From the NCBI RefSeq assembly GCF_000372725.1, contig NW_005201202.1, positions 62,001 to 126,000 on the forward strand: DNA of 64,000 nt, given 5' to 3'. The position numbers were made by a program, and so were the translations under genes. Shown in pieces: positions 45,904 through 58,330 of the stretch (the first letter of the stretch is position 1; each line of letters begins with the position of its first letter). The stretch is from Emiliania huxleyi CCMP1516. Its lineage: Eukaryota. A model generated the notes under the pieces. That model worked only from the letters and a program-made list of their open reading frames with translations, made no database searches and was not told the DNA's origin.

Positions 45904-48155
45904 ATGCTGACGACGCTGCAGGCCCTCTCTTTGGCACCGGGCACTCCTCGCGAGAGGCATGCACAACCAGCGCGAGGCATGCTGCCACCGGTGGCATCGG
46001 TGCAGCAGGCTGCTGTCGCTGGTGCCAGCGCACGCGTGAGTCAGCCGGACCGCTATGCGAGACGCTGGGAGCTGCTGCTCCGGCTCGAGTACAGGGAAGC
46101 CGCAAACGAGCTGCGGCTGCGGCGTGCAAAGTGGCCTCGGTCCCGGCTCGAGGCGAGCGGATCGGCCGTCTTTGACGCGACGGCGAGCCCAGACACGGAC
46201 CTGTTCGGCGAGAAGGTTGTTCGCGTGGGCAAGCCTGGCGAGACGAGGCTTTCGGACCTCTTCTCGCGCGGCGACATCCTCGTCCTGCGCCCGGCCGACC
46301 GCTCGGCACCGTGGGGCGGCGCCGGGGAGGGCTTCCCTCCCAGAGAGTGCTGCGTCGTCGACAGCGGCAAAGACTGGATCACGCTTGGCGTGGGCCAGAG
46401 CTGGCCCAACGGGCTCTGGGAGGCGCGCCGGCGGCCGGACTCGTTTCGCGTTGCGCTTGAGCGAGCAGCACCGCAGGCGCCGCTCAAGGCGCAGCAGGCG
46501 GCGCTGCACCGGGCTGCCAAGGGAGAGGCGGGGCTCGCCGCAGCGCTGCTCGCGGCGGAGGAGGCGGCGGTGCCGGAGGCGGCGGCGGAGCCTCCGCCGC
46601 GCCTGTGCGACTCCTCTGCAGCGGGCTCCTCCGTGACTCCGCCGCGCCCCGTGGACTCATCTGCTGCGGACCCATCGAGGGTCGACGCCGCCGTCCGCGC
46701 CGCCCTGCAGCAGGCGGTCGACGTCGCCGGCGCTGCTTTCGCGCCAAACGAGTCGCAGCAGGAGGCGGTCGCTTGGGCGCTCGGCCGCCGGCTCTCGCTC
46801 ATCCGCGGACCGCCCGGCACCGGCAAGACGAGGACCGCGGCGCTCCTCGTCCTGGCCGCGCTCAGGATCCCCTCGCCGCATGCCGCTGCCGGAGGCGGGG
46901 AGGCTGGCGGGGAGGCCTCGTCGCCGTCCCCGCCGCCCCGCGCGAGAGTGCTCGCCGTCACGCACAGCAACTCGGCCGCAGACGTGCTCCTCGCGGCTCT
47001 GCTCAGGCTGGGCGTGCCCGCCGTGCGCGCGGGTCGCCCGGCCGCGGTCAGCCCGGCTGTGCGGCGACGGACGGCGGTCGCGCTGGCGCAGCAGCACCCG
47101 GAGGTGGTGGCACTGAGGGCGCGCGCACGCAACGCGTCGCTTCCCGCGCACGAGCGGTCTGCCGCCGCCTCCGAGCTGCGTGGCGTCGGCGAAGCGGTGA
47201 GCCAGCTGATCCTCCGCACCGCCCCGGTCGTCGTCTCGAGTTGCATCAGCGCGCACCAGCTGGCCGAGGAGGGGGCGCCTTTCCCCCTCGTCGTCCTCGA
47301 CGAGGGGTCGCAGGCCCGTCGGGAGGGACGGTCGCCGCTCGACTGCCCGAGGCCACCCGAGGTCACACCGAGACCACACACTAGGCGACGGAGCCGGCCC
47401 TCGTGTGCGCTCTTGCGGCGGCGGCGGCGGAGCAGCTCGTCATCGTCGGCGACACGCGCCAGCTCCCACCGACCGTCGCTTCGGGCTCGCGGCGGCTGCG
47501 CCAGGCGCTCGGCGAGTCGCCGATGGCGCGGCTGGAGGCGCTCGGGGTGGCGCAGAGGACGCTCACGGTTCAGTACCGCATGCCGCCCGTCCTGCTCGAG
47601 CACCCGTCGAAGTATTTTTACGACTCGCTCGTGTCCTGCGCCGAGAGCCGTCGGCGGGGAGGGCGGCCGCCGAGGGGCTTCGCGTGGCCGGATGGCCAGC
47701 CTCTCTGCTTCGTCCACTGCGGCGGCGACCTCGAGGAGAGTCACGCTGGCGGCGGCAAGAGCAACCCGGTCGAGGCGGCGCTGGCCGCCCGGCTGGTCGC
47801 GTCCGTCCTCGAGGCCGGCGACGTGTCGCCCTCGAACGTTGCCGTCCTCACTCCCTACTCGAGCCAGGTGGACCTCGTCCGGAGGGAGGGGACCGCCTGC
47901 CGCGTCAGCACAGTGGACTCGTTCCAGGGCCAGGAGACGGACCTCGTCGTGTTCTCCGCCACCCGCTCCAACGGCGTCGGTGATCTGGGCTTCTGTCGCG
48001 ACCCGCGGCGGCTGTGCGTCGCCATCACGCGGGCGAGGCGTGGGCTGGTACTGATTGGCGATGCCCGGACGCTCCGCAGCTCACACCATTGGGCGGCCCT
48101 GATCGAGTCGTGCAGAGCGAGAGGGCTCTTTGTTGACAGCCTCTCACTCGCTTGA
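45904..48155 (+). CDS. SF1B helicase, UPF1/IGHMBP2 (DNA2/NAM7)-like
   Basis: NESQQEAV, LIRGPPGTGKT, HSNSAAD, DEGSQ|ATEP (intron 47314-47384), VGDTRQLPP, LTVQYRM, VLTPYSSQV, TVDSFQGQE, RLCVAITRARRGL. Confidence 0.9.
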
Positions 48156-48402
48156 GAGGGGTTCTGAGCGCACTTGAGACTTGTAGAGGAGGGTGCACTT
48201 GGAGCACTTGCGACTTTGAGTGGTCACGTGAGTGAGGATTCTTGGTACAAAACCACGACGCACACCAGAAAGAAAGAAAACGGGCAACCCAAGGGAGGGA
48301 TGGGAGGACGGCACGCCGCCACCACACAGGGATCTAACGGAACTCGATTTCTTTTTGCTCGCACTCGTTGTTGCCCCTCGTTGCTCCGGGTGCTCCACAT
48401 AC

Positions 48403-49414
48403 ATGAGCGCGAGCTGCTTCTTCGACGGCAACCGCGTGGAGTACACACGGCTGGAAAAGCCCAACGTCAAGCGTAAGGCAACGATCACTTGCGTTCCCGC
48501 CGGCGCTGCGCCGCCGTCGCACGTGCGGCGGCGGCGAAAGCAGGACCGAAACGTACTCCACCTCTCGATTGAGCGCGATGGCGGCAAGAAGCGGGAGCGG
48601 TGGACGCGCGTGTCTCAGCTGCTGAAGCGCAAGGTCAAGGTGCTCGAGGGGTCGGGCCTCAAGCCCGGCGTGGGCAACTACAGCGAGGACGAGGAGGCGG
48701 CGATCAAGCGGCGGAGGACGGGAGGCGAGGCGTGGGGCAGCATCGCACGCTCGCTGGGGCGCAGCGTGAACGCGGTCACAAACCGAGGCCGGCAGCTGAT
48801 GAATCCAAAGCTCGCGCCGAGAGGCCAAGGGCATGCTGGCGTGCCGGAGCATCAACTGGGTAGACGAAGTCGCCAGCGCGATGCAGCGGCTGCCCAACCA
48901 GCAGGGCACCGCTTACGATGTGATTGCCGTGCTGAAGGAGATGGGCCACGTGTTGGACGAGAGCCCTGTTCCGGGCACATGGAAAACCAGGGGCTTCTCG
49001 CTTGTCAGCAACACCCTGTCCAATGCAAGGAACCCGCAGTTTGCAGCACTCCAGCGCCCCGCTCGCTTGGGCCAGTCCGGCACGGTGGTCCAGGTCACGC
49101 ATGGCGGACAAGGTCACAAGGCGTCGGTGCGGTTCCAGAACGGTGCCGTCGAGTTGTTCAGAGTCAGCAGCCTCGCACTGGCCGCCTCGCCTTCGGCGCG
49201 CCAGATCGCAGCCGGCGCCTCCGTCACGGTCACGAAGGAGGAAGGAGGAGTTGTGAAGGTGGAGGCGGGCCCGCGTAACAAGCCCTGCACCGTCTACAAG
49301 TACAGGCCGGAGCTGACCCCGGTCAAGGCCGTCAAGTCGCCGGGGACGCGCAAGTGGCTCAACGCCAAGGAGAGGAAGAAGGGCTTAGACGGCGTAGCGC
49401 AGAAAAACGGATAG
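48403..49414 (+). CDS. Myb/SANT-like DNA-binding protein with a second helical domain
   Basis: YSEDEEAAI...WGSIARSLGRSVNAVTNR is Myb-like. A frame switch near 48830 (intron or frameshift) leads into WVDEVASAM...GTAYDVIAVL. Confidence 0.55.
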
Positions 49415-49616
49415 GCCGCTCAGAGTGGTGAGACAGTACGAGACAGATCTGTCGTGCATGCAAAATAAATAAATAAATAAGCAGGGAGCCGACTGTGAGA
49501 TGGGTAAAAAGGAACATTCGTTACGTGTTCTCGCGACACGAAAGGTGCAATTTCTTTTTTGCGCTCGCGCGCCGGGTACCGCCTCCGCCCTCTTGCCGCT
49601 TCGCCTCTAAACCCAC

Positions 49617-50710
49617 ATGCGACCGCGGCGGACGTCGACCCGCCTCGTCCTCACCGCCGCTGCGCTCGGCGTCCGCGCTGCAAGCACCGCTCTTCCTGCG
49701 GACGCGCTCCGCCTGGCGTCGTCGCTCTACATGCTCAGCTCGCCGCCGCAGCTTGTGGCGCTCGTGACTGGCGGCGGCGCGCAGCTCGCACCGTGGCTCC
49801 TCGCGACGCCCGGCGCGTCCAACTCCATCCTCGAGTTCTCCGTGCCGTACGCAAAGGCGTCGCTCGCCGCCGTCCTGGGCCACGACCCGCCGCAGTCGGT
49901 CAACGCCGCAGTGGCCGAGAGCATGGCCGAGCGGGCGTATGAGCGGTCGGTGGCGCTCGGCGGCGGCGAGCGCTCGGTCGGGCTTGGTTGCACCGCCGCG
50001 CTCCGCTCCGAGCCGATGCGGCGTGGGGAGCACCGCTGCTACATCGCCGTGCGCTCGGCTGCAGGTGTGTCATGCTGGCCCGGCGCACACACCACCTTCT
50101 CCGGGAGCGCGCGCCTGCCCTCTCGCCCGCCATTGGCTGTCCGGCAGCCGCCGCCGCCTCACGCCTTCCCGCGAGCCGCCGCAGGCGTGCACTGCCTCGC
50201 TCTTACCCTTGCTAAGGGCGCGCGGAGTCGCGAGGCGCGCGCCCGGGAGAGCCGCACGGAGAGCGGCGGGAGAGCCGCACAGAGAGCGGCGCGGGACACT
50301 CGACGACAGCGCCCACCTCCGCGCGCCAGGCGGAAGACGCGGTGGTCGCGCGGGCGGCCCTCGCCACCCTCGCGCGCGCGTGCGGCGTCGACCCTCCGCC
50401 GCTTCCGGGCGGCGGTCCGTTTTGGAAGCTGGCAGCGGCCGTCCTAGAAGTGACACCAGCGACACCGCCATGGCAAGACCACGCCCGGGTTAGCACAGCC
50501 CGCGAGGCGCCGCCCCTCCCCGCCGCCTTGCCCTCTGCCGGTGCCGTCAGAGGCGCGGGGAGGGCGGGGTGCCACAGCGTGGCTCACTCGTTACTGCGCC
50601 CCGACCGCCCTGGCCCCTGCGCGGCATCAGGCGAGCGACGATCCTCTGGCGCCGGAGGTGGCGGCGCGCCTCGACGCGGAGCACGCGGACGAGACGTTTG
50701 TGGCCACTTA
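49617..50710 (+). CDS. CinA-like domain protein (resembles the N-terminal domain of plant nucleotidylyltransferase-family proteins), multi-exon
   Basis: VTGGGAQ..WLLATPGASNSILE..VPYA..SL, AESMAERAY, GLGCTAAL.S....RGEHRC, LTLAKGARSR..ED; stop TAA 50708-50710. Confidence 0.65.
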
Positions 50711-51040
50711 ACGATAAGTGCGAACCTTTGTTTACGACCAAAACGAGCAGCTTCCAGCTAGATTTACATTTTCGTGCGTACTGCGCGTTGGCGCATGACC
50801 ATGAGGGGCTCGCAAAAAATAGGAGACCCCCGCTCCTGCCGGACGACTGCGCCGGTGTCGTACCATGTCATAACATTGATGGTGAGTGAGCAGAGAGTGA
50901 GCTCCTAGCAATGAGCGACGCCCATGCGGGTTGGTCATGCTGCGCGGCAGCGGGGGGACAACTTAAACCCCCAGGGCGCGAGGAGTGCCGAGACTATTGC
51001 TGCCGGGGTGTGGCGCCGGTCCCCACGCGCTCCTGCCGCT

Positions 51041-52701
51041 TCAGCTGACGCGGTGGCGCTCGCCCGCGGTGCCGTCACGGTGCGCGAGGTCGACGAGCCG
51101 CTGGTGCAGCTTGGCGGACGCCTCCTTGCGCAACGGCGGCTGGCCGGCGCACCTGAAACAGAAAGCGCGACGCGTTCCAACGGGCGGGTGTGAGCAAGAC
51201 GTGGCGCCGGCTGAGAAGGCAAAGTGAGGCACGCGGGAGCTGCGGCGGTGGCGGTGGGGGAGCCGGAGCGCGGCAGGCGAGGTAGCCGCGTCTCGGACGT
51301 GTCTCGGAGGCGTCTCGGACGTGTCTCGGACGTGTCTCGGAGGCGTGTCGGAGGTGTCTCGGAGGCGTGTCGGAGGCGTGTCGCACCGGACGAGCTTGAA
51401 CTTGAAGACGCCGTGCTGGCGCGCGCCGACCTCGTACTTGTAGTCGGTCACCTGCTCACAGCTTCAGGTGTGAAGAGACGCCGTCCACAGCGCCGGCCTG
51501 TGCGTGCACTCCGTCACCGCGTAGAGGCCGTCGTAGATGAAGAGGCGCTGGGAGTACGACCGCTCGGGCGGCACCTGGTGGGTGGGGGTCAGGGGAACTT
51601 CTCCACGCACACAAGGCTGGGGCGAGGGCCAAGCAACCCTCCCGACTCCACGTCCGAAGGCAAGACCGGAGCTGGCACGGCGTTGAAAGTGCAAGGCCCG
51701 GTGCGCGTGGGCGAGCGGTGTGTGTGGGTGGGTTGGTGGCAGCGAACCTCTCCCACGTACCGCAGCAGCCGGACCGGCGTGCCCCTCTCGAGGTTGTTCT
51801 TGAGCGCGAGGTTGCCTATGGGCACACTCGCTCCGTGGGTCAAGGAGGAGGAGCTGGCTGATGGCCCCCTTCGCTCGAGCGCGACGTCTGCCCTTCTCGA
51901 GCTTCTGCGCGCCCGTCTGCCGCCGGCTGCTCAGCAGGTCGTTCCCGCCCGAGCCGGTATACCACAGCTCGTCGCCGTCGTCCTCGTCGTCCTCGTACCC
52001 GCCCGACGAGACGACCGCCGTCGCGACCGCCTCCTCGCCGTCCTTGGCCGGCCGGTAGTCGATGCCCGACAGCCACTTGCGGTGCATCCCGCACACCTGA
52101 GGGGTGTGTCAGGCGGGGCGTGTCAGCGGGAGGTGTCAGCGGGGTGTGTCAGTGTCAGTAGACGTGTAGCGACGGCGGCGCGAGCAGAGTGGAGGCGGAT
52201 CGAAGGGGAGGTGGTGGGATATCTCGGAAGCGTCTCGGAAGTGTCTCGGCACCTGCATCTCGGCGCGGTTGTGGAACTCGGTCCCGGGAGGCATGCCTGC
52301 GTTGCGAAGCAACAGAAGTCGTCAAACGGCGTTGAATGCGGCTGCAATACAGTCGAATGCAGCCGGCGTGTCATTTGGAGTGCTCGCTGGGACCGCCGGC
52401 AGGTGTGCTCTAGGCTGGCATGCCGGGCAGGCTGCCGACGTGCCGCCCCTCGCAGCACTTGAGCCCCAAGGCGCCGACTTCGCTCATCGCCTTGAGGTCG
52501 GCGCGGCCTCCGCCCGTCGCCTGCTTGATGCGCACAAAGCACTCCTTGTAGAGGGCCCTCGCCTAATTAAAGTGAGGTGCGGCTGAAGACATCTCCGCAC
52601 GAAGGGGTGGCAAGGGCAAGACGGCGACCTCGCGACTCCACGTCCAAAAAGACACGAGCTGGCGCCGGCAGTGCAAGGCCCAGTCCAAGTGGGTCCATTT
52701 T

Positions 52702-52732
<31 letters not shown>

Positions 52733-53361
52733 CGTGCGTGCGTGCGTGCGTGCGTGTGAGCGCGCGCGCGCGGCGCGCCTCTTGCAGCCGGGCCACCTCC
52801 TCCTCCTCCGAGGGGGGCGGCGGCGGGAGCACGGCCGGCGCGCCCGGGTCCACCAGCCGCCTGGCGCGAGGAGCGCGCCGCGCCGCCGGCACGTCGAGCG
52901 CCGTGCCGGGCGGCAGCAGACTGGCCGCGCCGAGGCTCTCCTACACAGGAAGGTTCCGGGAAGGCTCAGAGAGCGTTTCCGAAGTAGAGGAGCAGGCTGC
53001 GCCCGAGGCTCTCCTCGGCATAGCTCTTGCGCGGCCCGCCCTCGAGCCGCGAAGAGCGGCGGCTCGCCTCGGGCAGCGGCTCGCGCGGCTTGCGCGGCTT
53101 TGGGGGCGCCCGTGCCGGCTTGAGGCGCGTCGAGGCCAGGTCGAGACCGAGCGCCGCGAGCTGCTCGTGGTTCTTGGCGATGTTGGCGAGGCGCTCTTTC
53201 TCGTACTCGGACAGCGCTGGCGCGCCGGCCGGGGCGGGCGGCGCGGGAGCGGTGGGCGCGCCCTGCGCAGGGGCTGCCGGCTCGGCTTGGCGCGCCCGCT
53301 TTTGCCCGGTCGTGGGTGATGCAGCGCGCTTCGAGCGTGTTGAGCGAGGGGAGAGCTGCAT
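51041..53361 (-). CDS. SRA/YDG-domain (methylcytosine-reader) protein, multi-exon
   Basis: GMHRKWLSGID, AVVSSGGYEDDEDDGDELWYTGSGG, QKLEKG|NLALK..GTPVRLLR, FIYDGLY, VFKFKLVR|CAGQPPL; N-terminal LSEYEKERLANIAKN motif. Confidence 0.85.
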
Positions 53362-53676
53362 GTCGATGATCTCGATGTAAAGCCACAGACCACAGCACTC
53401 CCGCCCGTTTCTTTCCCGCTTGCGGAAATAAATAAATAAAATGGGTCGATTCCGCATCCTCCCTCTCTTGCGTTCTTCCACGTAATTAATTGAATTCCTA
53501 ATTAATCGCTCAGAGTCACTTTTGGACTTTGGCTGTTAGGGTTAGTGCTGTTGGCACTTGCAACTTGGCTCTTGGGGCGGCGGGACAAAGAACCCTGCAC
53601 AAAGATCGCACGGGCGGGGGCCTGTTCCTTTTTACCCTATACCCATCTCACAGTAGAGGTGTCCGTTTTTATTTGT

Positions 53677-55870
53677 TTACCCGGGGCGGGACGTATCTCG
53701 TATGATCTCCCCGTCCCCCCTGGCCGGCTGGTGCGCACAGAGAGTCTCTCGCGCCTCCTCGAGGGAGGGAGGCTCGGCGCCAGAGCCGGCCTCGAGTTCC
53801 GTCTCGGACGCGGTGCGCGCCGAGTCGTCCTCCTCCTCATCGTCCGCCTCAAAGTACGCCGCGTCGAGGGCGGAGCGGAGGCGAGGCACGAGGGGCGGCG
53901 GCAGCCTGCCGGCCGCGAGGCTCGCGGCATCCATGGCGTCGGCCTTTGGGAAGGCGCCCGCGCCGAAAAAGGGGTGCTGGAGCAGCGCGGACGGCGAGGG
54001 GCGCGCCGTTGGGTCGCGGCTCAGCAGCGCCATCACGAGGTCCTTTGCAGCCGCGCAAAAGAGGAAGGGCGAGGCCGGGAAGTGAGGCGCACCTGCAAGC
54101 CGCGCGAGGGCGGCGTCTCGGGCGCGCGGGAGCGGCGGCGGAGTCTGCGGCGACGGGGGAGGGAGGCGGACCGCGCAGCGCTGCGGCGTAGGTGGCCGTG
54201 GGGTCGCCGCCGCTGCCGAAAGGGAGAGCGTCGAGGAGGAGCTCGTAGCTGCGCGTGACCGGGGGTTGGGGGTCGGCAGACAGAGCGGGGCAGGGTGGTC
54301 CTGCTCGAGCACTCACAGGGTTGCGCCGAGTGCCCACAAGTCGACGCGCGGCCCGTGGCCCTCCCGCAGGAACATTTCGGGCGCCAGGTAGTCGGGCGTG
54401 CCGAGCAGAGAGAAGGACCGCCCCTCGCCCTCGCCCTCGCCCTGGCCCTGGCCCTGGCCCTGGCCCTGGCCCTCGCCCTCGCCCTGGCCCTGGCCCTGGC
54501 CCTGGCCCTCGCCCTCGCCCTCGCCCTCGCCCTCGCCCTCGCCCTCGCCCGCTCCGCGGCCAAAGGAGCGCGCGAAGCCGAAGTCGACCAGCGTGCAGTG
54601 GCCGGCGGAGGAGAGGCAGAGGTTGTCCGGCTTGAGGTCGCGGTGGCCGACGCGGCGCTCGTGCAAGTGCGCGAGGCCGAGGGCGGCCTGGCCGACGTAG
54701 AAGCGAGCCGCGCGCTGGCCGAGCGGGCCGGTGCGCCGGAGGAGGGCCCCGAGCGAGCCGCCGGGCAAGTAGTCGAGCAGCAGGGCGCAGAGCCGCTCGC
54801 CGCAGAGCCAGCCGCGCGACCGAACGACGAAGGGCGCGCCGCGCAGGGCGGAGGAGGCGAGGAGCTTCGCTTCGCGCGCCGCCCGCTCCGCAGAGCTCGC
54901 GCACCGGCGGCCGCCGAAGCGCGTCCCGTCGGCGGCGCGCCGCGTCAGCTTGAGGACCACAGCCTCGCCGGCGCGCGAGCAGAGCAGCACGCTCGAGCGA
55001 CTGTCCGCCAGCAGCGGCCGCTCGAGCCGAAGCTCCGACAGGACCAGCGACGGAGGCTCGTCGGCGATGCCTCCGCCGCCTTCAGGTTTGGCCTCGCCTC
55101 CTCCCGTGCCGCCTCCGTTGCCCTCACCGCCGCCCTCCTCGCCGCCCTCCCCACCGGCCGCGGCGCGCCTCCCCTCCCAGCCGGGGACGATGGAGCGGAA
55201 GGTGAGGGAGATACGGTGTCCGTCCGACGGCCGGAGCGGCAGCTGGTGCTCGAGCAGCTCCTGCACGGAGGGCCCGAGTAGGCTCACGGAAGGGTCTGGC
55301 GGGAGCGGACGAGGGCTCGGGCCGCGCCTGCGTGCCGCCGCTCATCAGCACCACGTCGCCCGGCCGCACCTCCACCTCGCACAGCACCTCGCGCTCGCCC
55401 TCCGCCGCCGCCAAGGCAGCGCCGGGCCGGCGGCGGATGCGGAAGAGGCGAGGCGCGCCGAGCGAGAGCGAGGCAACGGCACGAAGCTGGCCGTGCGCAC
55501 GCACCTCGTCGTGGTGCCACGGGATATGGCCCTCGCCGTCCGGGTAATTGTTGGCGAGGCAGGCGGTGAGTGCTCCTGGCGCCAGACCGCACGCCTCCTC
55601 GACCAAGGCTCTCAGCCGCAGCAGCGCTGGAGTCCACGGACGCGGACTCAGAGCGAGGCCGCAAAACGCGAAGACGCAGTCGGCATCGCCAAAGTAGGCC
55701 GTCTTCCGATCGTGCAGCCCAAACTCGTCCGTCTCCGTCGTCCACGGCAGCTCAGACGCCAGCGTGGAGAAGGCGGCCGCTGCGGCATCGCCGCGCACCG
55801 CACCGCGCAGGAGCGTGCAGCGCGATCCTAACGGTAGAGTCGCAAGGTCTTCCGTCGCGAGGCCCTCCAT
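53677..55870 (-). CDS. AlkB (ALKBH2/3-like 2OG-Fe(II) dioxygenase) fused to an AGC-like Ser/Thr kinase
   Basis: AlkB motifs RKTAYFG, CLANNYPDG..HIPWHHDE, ASLSLGAPRLF, MSGGTQ|..EHQLP, RISLTFR. The same ORF continues into VVLK, HRDLKPDN, DFG, GTPDYLAPE, DLWALG, and a later exon gives HPFF. Confidence 0.8.
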
Positions 55871-56384
55871 CGAAGGCGAACCGACGCCAGAGACTCTCCA
55901 GTCTCAGCCCGTCCTGTGAAAAGGTGAGGCGTGGTCTGTCTCGCCAGCCAGCCCGCGCCCCGCCGAGGAAAAAAAGAATTTTCCACCCGGCGGTCGCACG
56001 ACACGATTCACGCGACAGGCGAGGCGCTGGCGACAGCTTCCTCAGAAGCCGTCGCCCGCACGCAAAAAAGAATTAAAACTGCCAAGTGCGCCGAAAAAAG
56101 GATTAAACGCCCCGACACTAGGCTCCCTCCCTAAATAAATAAATAAATAAAACGGGCACGCCAAACGAGGGGTGGGAGAAGGACAGTCTTTTCCTTTGTG
56201 TTGTGTGTTTTATTTCTTTCTTTACTAGGCACGGGACTGGCGCGCACTGGACAACTCGCAAGAAAGCAAGAACCTCAGTTGTGAATGGTTCGCGGAGTGA
56301 ATTCTTCTTCAAACCATATCACAACTACGTACGTTCACCAACCAAGAGCAATCGGCATCAAAGCAGCTAAACATACCGCGCGCA

Positions 56385-57437
56385 GTGTCCACGTCCGCCG
56401 TGCAGGCTGACGACTGGCTGGCTGGTGGACCAGCGGGCAACGGCACCTCCTCCGCCGTCCTCCGAGTGCTCTGCTTTGGCCGAACCAGGAGACAGCCATT
56501 GCACTTTGGCCGGGTCAAGGGCGGGTTCTTTGCCCAGCTCAACTCCATTGCTGACGCCGTCCTTGGGGAGGTGCTCCTTGGCTACAGCCCGGGCGCAACC
56601 TTCCATGAATCGACACTCCTTGTCGGTTACGGTAACAGGAGCCTTGCTGATATCTTCGTACCGCTCTCGAAACGGTGCGGGCGGCTCGCCCACGCTGGAA
56701 ATCAGCGCCTCCGTGAGCTGCGGCATTCGCCTCTCTTTTCCGTCGCCACCGCGCTGCTGCGCTGGCTATACCAGTGGAGCGGCGTCTCTTTGGCACCCCA
56801 CCTGAGCTATGCGGCGGCAGTGCACGTGCGCCGCGGCGACAAGATTGCCGAGCGTTCACCAGCAGACAAGATTCGGCGCTGGAGCGAGACGGATCTGACA
56901 GACAAGATTGTGTCGCTCGTTTTGCCGGGCGTCGGGACGTCGGTAGTACCGTCGCCGCCCCGAGTGGTGCTCGCGAGCGACGACAACGCCTTTGCGCGCG
57001 CGGTCAGCCGTCGTCTCGAGAGAAGGGGGGTGCGGGTGCGGCTACTGATCAACGGGGCAGACGGCGGCTCGCGCTCGGGACTCGAAATGTGTCAGCATCG
57101 ACCTGAGTGCGTTCAGGAGCTGCTAGAGCTTGTAGAGCAGTTCAGCAGGGCGCGCCTGCTCCTGCTCTCCTCGCGCAGCAACGTCGGTACCTTCCTCGCT
57201 GGGTGGTGGGGCGCCATGCACTGCGTGCCGCCATCCTTCGCCGACCTTGACGGCGCGATCGCACCAGGTGCGTTTGTCAGCGGACACTTCTTCTGCGAGA
57301 TGGCGTGGGGCAGCCGAAAGGGCCTCTGCAGCATCGAGCAGGCTCTCTTGCGGCGGTTCGGCCCTCTGGCGCGGATGCTGCTGCGGCGGGGCGCAGGGCT
57401 AGGGGCCAGGGGCAGGGCGCCTCCGTCGCTCTGGTGA
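56385..57437 (+). CDS. Alpha-1,6-fucosyltransferase (GT23/FUT8)-like protein; start uncertain
   Basis: GFFAQL, AVHVRRGDKIAE, VVLASDD and SNVG motifs. Confidence 0.7.
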   Translation: MSTSAVQADDWLAGGPAGNGTSSAVLRVLCFGRTRRQPLHFGRVKGGFFAQLNSIADAVLGEVLLGYSPGATFHESTLLVGYGNRSLADIFVPLSKRCGRLAHAGNQRLRELRHSPLFSVATALLRWLYQWSGVSLAPHLSYAAAVHVRRGDKIAERSPADKIRRWSETDLTDKIVSLVLPGVGTSVVPSPPRVVLASDDNAFARAVSRRLERRGVRVRLLINGADGGSRSGLEMCQHRPECVQELLELVEQFSRARLLLLSSRSNVGTFLAGWWGAMHCVPPSFADLDGAIAPGAFVSGHFFCEMAWGSRKGLCSIEQALLRRFGPLARMLLRRGAGLGARGRAPPSLW

Positions 57438-57619
57438 CTGGTGCGGGTCGTAGAAGAATGAATAAAAAAGGTGTCTGTCACGCGAGATGGGTAGGGCTAC
57501 AGCTTCGTCCTCTAAAGCCCGTTCTTGCAGTGAAGGATCTCTTCACAGTACTCTCATCGAAACGTTAAAGCGTGTGTAAGAATTGAAATAAAAAGTCAAA
57601 TGCAGCAGGAGATCCTCGC

Positions 57620-58330
57620 AGACATGGGTGCGAAACAACGACAAGACCAAGGCACGGGCAGAGGAGCGAGAGAAGAATTATCCCGTGCCCAGTGTTGTGC
57701 GAGAGAAGAATATAGGATGGATAAAGCGCCTGTTCACGGCATGGAGGGTGAGCCACGCTGAACGTGCCGAACGTAGAGCCGAACGGGAGGAAGCCGGGGA
57801 AGACGACTCCGAGGAGGACGAACCAGTGGAAATCCCGTTGTCAGCTGTCATGATGCACCCGAAGGGGACCCCAGCGCCAGCATCATCCGTGAAGGCACAA
57901 GTGTTCGAAGAGAGAGTGGACCTGAGCAATGATATGACTTGGCGGCAAATGATCGCAGTGGGCGTCAGAAGAGTCGTCCTCGCGCGAGGAGAGCTCGATA
58001 AACTCGATCGAGGGGCCAAGATATGCTGCGAGGAGGGCGGAGTTTGCCGAAAGGCGAAAGAAGCCGCGAGAACAAGGGAACGGCACAGGCGGCGGCGGCG
58101 TCGCAGAACGAGGCAGAGGAGAGCGACGCGACAGAGGAAGAAGCGAGAAGAGAGAGAACGACGAGAGTGGGACGGCCGCGAGGTGGCATGAAGGCTGCAG
58201 CGAGAATCGGCGAGAGACTGCGAAGAGAGATAGGAAGAGGCGGACATGGCCAAGGGTGGGCGACGGCAGCGCACCACACCCCTAAACGGCGTTCCTGTCA
58301 GTACTGACAGGACGGCCATCGTATTTTATT
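57620..58330 (+). mobile_element. Probable non-LTR retrotransposon 3' fragment
   Basis: The ORF segment IGWIKRLFTAWR resembles IEWLRKLFTGWK in the TSD-flanked copy at 25.6-26.5 kb; lower GC, purine-rich. Confidence 0.4.
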
